From positions 620,001 to 684,000 of the forward strand of contig NW_025765481.1 in NCBI RefSeq assembly GCF_003918875.1: 64,000 nucleotides of DNA. The letters run 5' to 3'. How positions within the stretch are numbered: the stretch's first letter is position 1; every line of letters begins with the position of its first letter. Below are positions 63,845 to 64,000 of this stretch, piece after piece. Below the pieces are notes generated by a model. The model was given only the letters and a program-made list of their open reading frames with translations. It was not told the origin of the DNA and ran no database searches. This DNA comes from Haliotis rubra. Lineage: Eukaryota. The position numbers were made by a program, and so were the translations under genes.

Positions 63845-64000
63845 TGTACTTCCCAACTTCTAAATGCCACTCAAAGAAGTTATCACAGACTACTCCCAAA
63901 CTGCTTAAAGTGCATATCAGTTATGTATATTTTTGTGCCTTTTTATCTTGACTATCCCTCTGTTGTTTACAATGATGTGCAAAAATATCTTGACATAGTA

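Overview
This is AT-rich, repeat-dense eukaryotic (invertebrate) genomic DNA with three N gaps. The SINE families resemble those of gastropod molluscs such as abalone, but that assignment is inference. Almost all ORF-track entries are spurious. One host gene can be rebuilt by hand on the + strand (50335-62756): ten exons, all joined by phase-1 GT-AG introns. It encodes a ~378-aa protein with a signal peptide, a PAN/Apple-like domain, a Thr-rich mucin stalk, two more PAN/Apple-like domains and a GPI-anchor-like hydrophobic tail. Exon 5 carries a single -1 frameshift, and a SINE insertion duplicated the exon-6 splice acceptor. Other elements: a 3'-truncated FLYWCH-MULE transposase between ~670-bp direct repeats; a 77-bp perfect inverted repeat holding a Penelope-type minimal hammerhead ribozyme with a U3-A8 compensated core (63677-63844); several MITEs and LINE 3' fragments; at least four SINE families; and about ten tandem arrays, two with higher-order structure. 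No prokaryotic systems, rRNA, bona fide tRNA or CRISPR arrays were seen.
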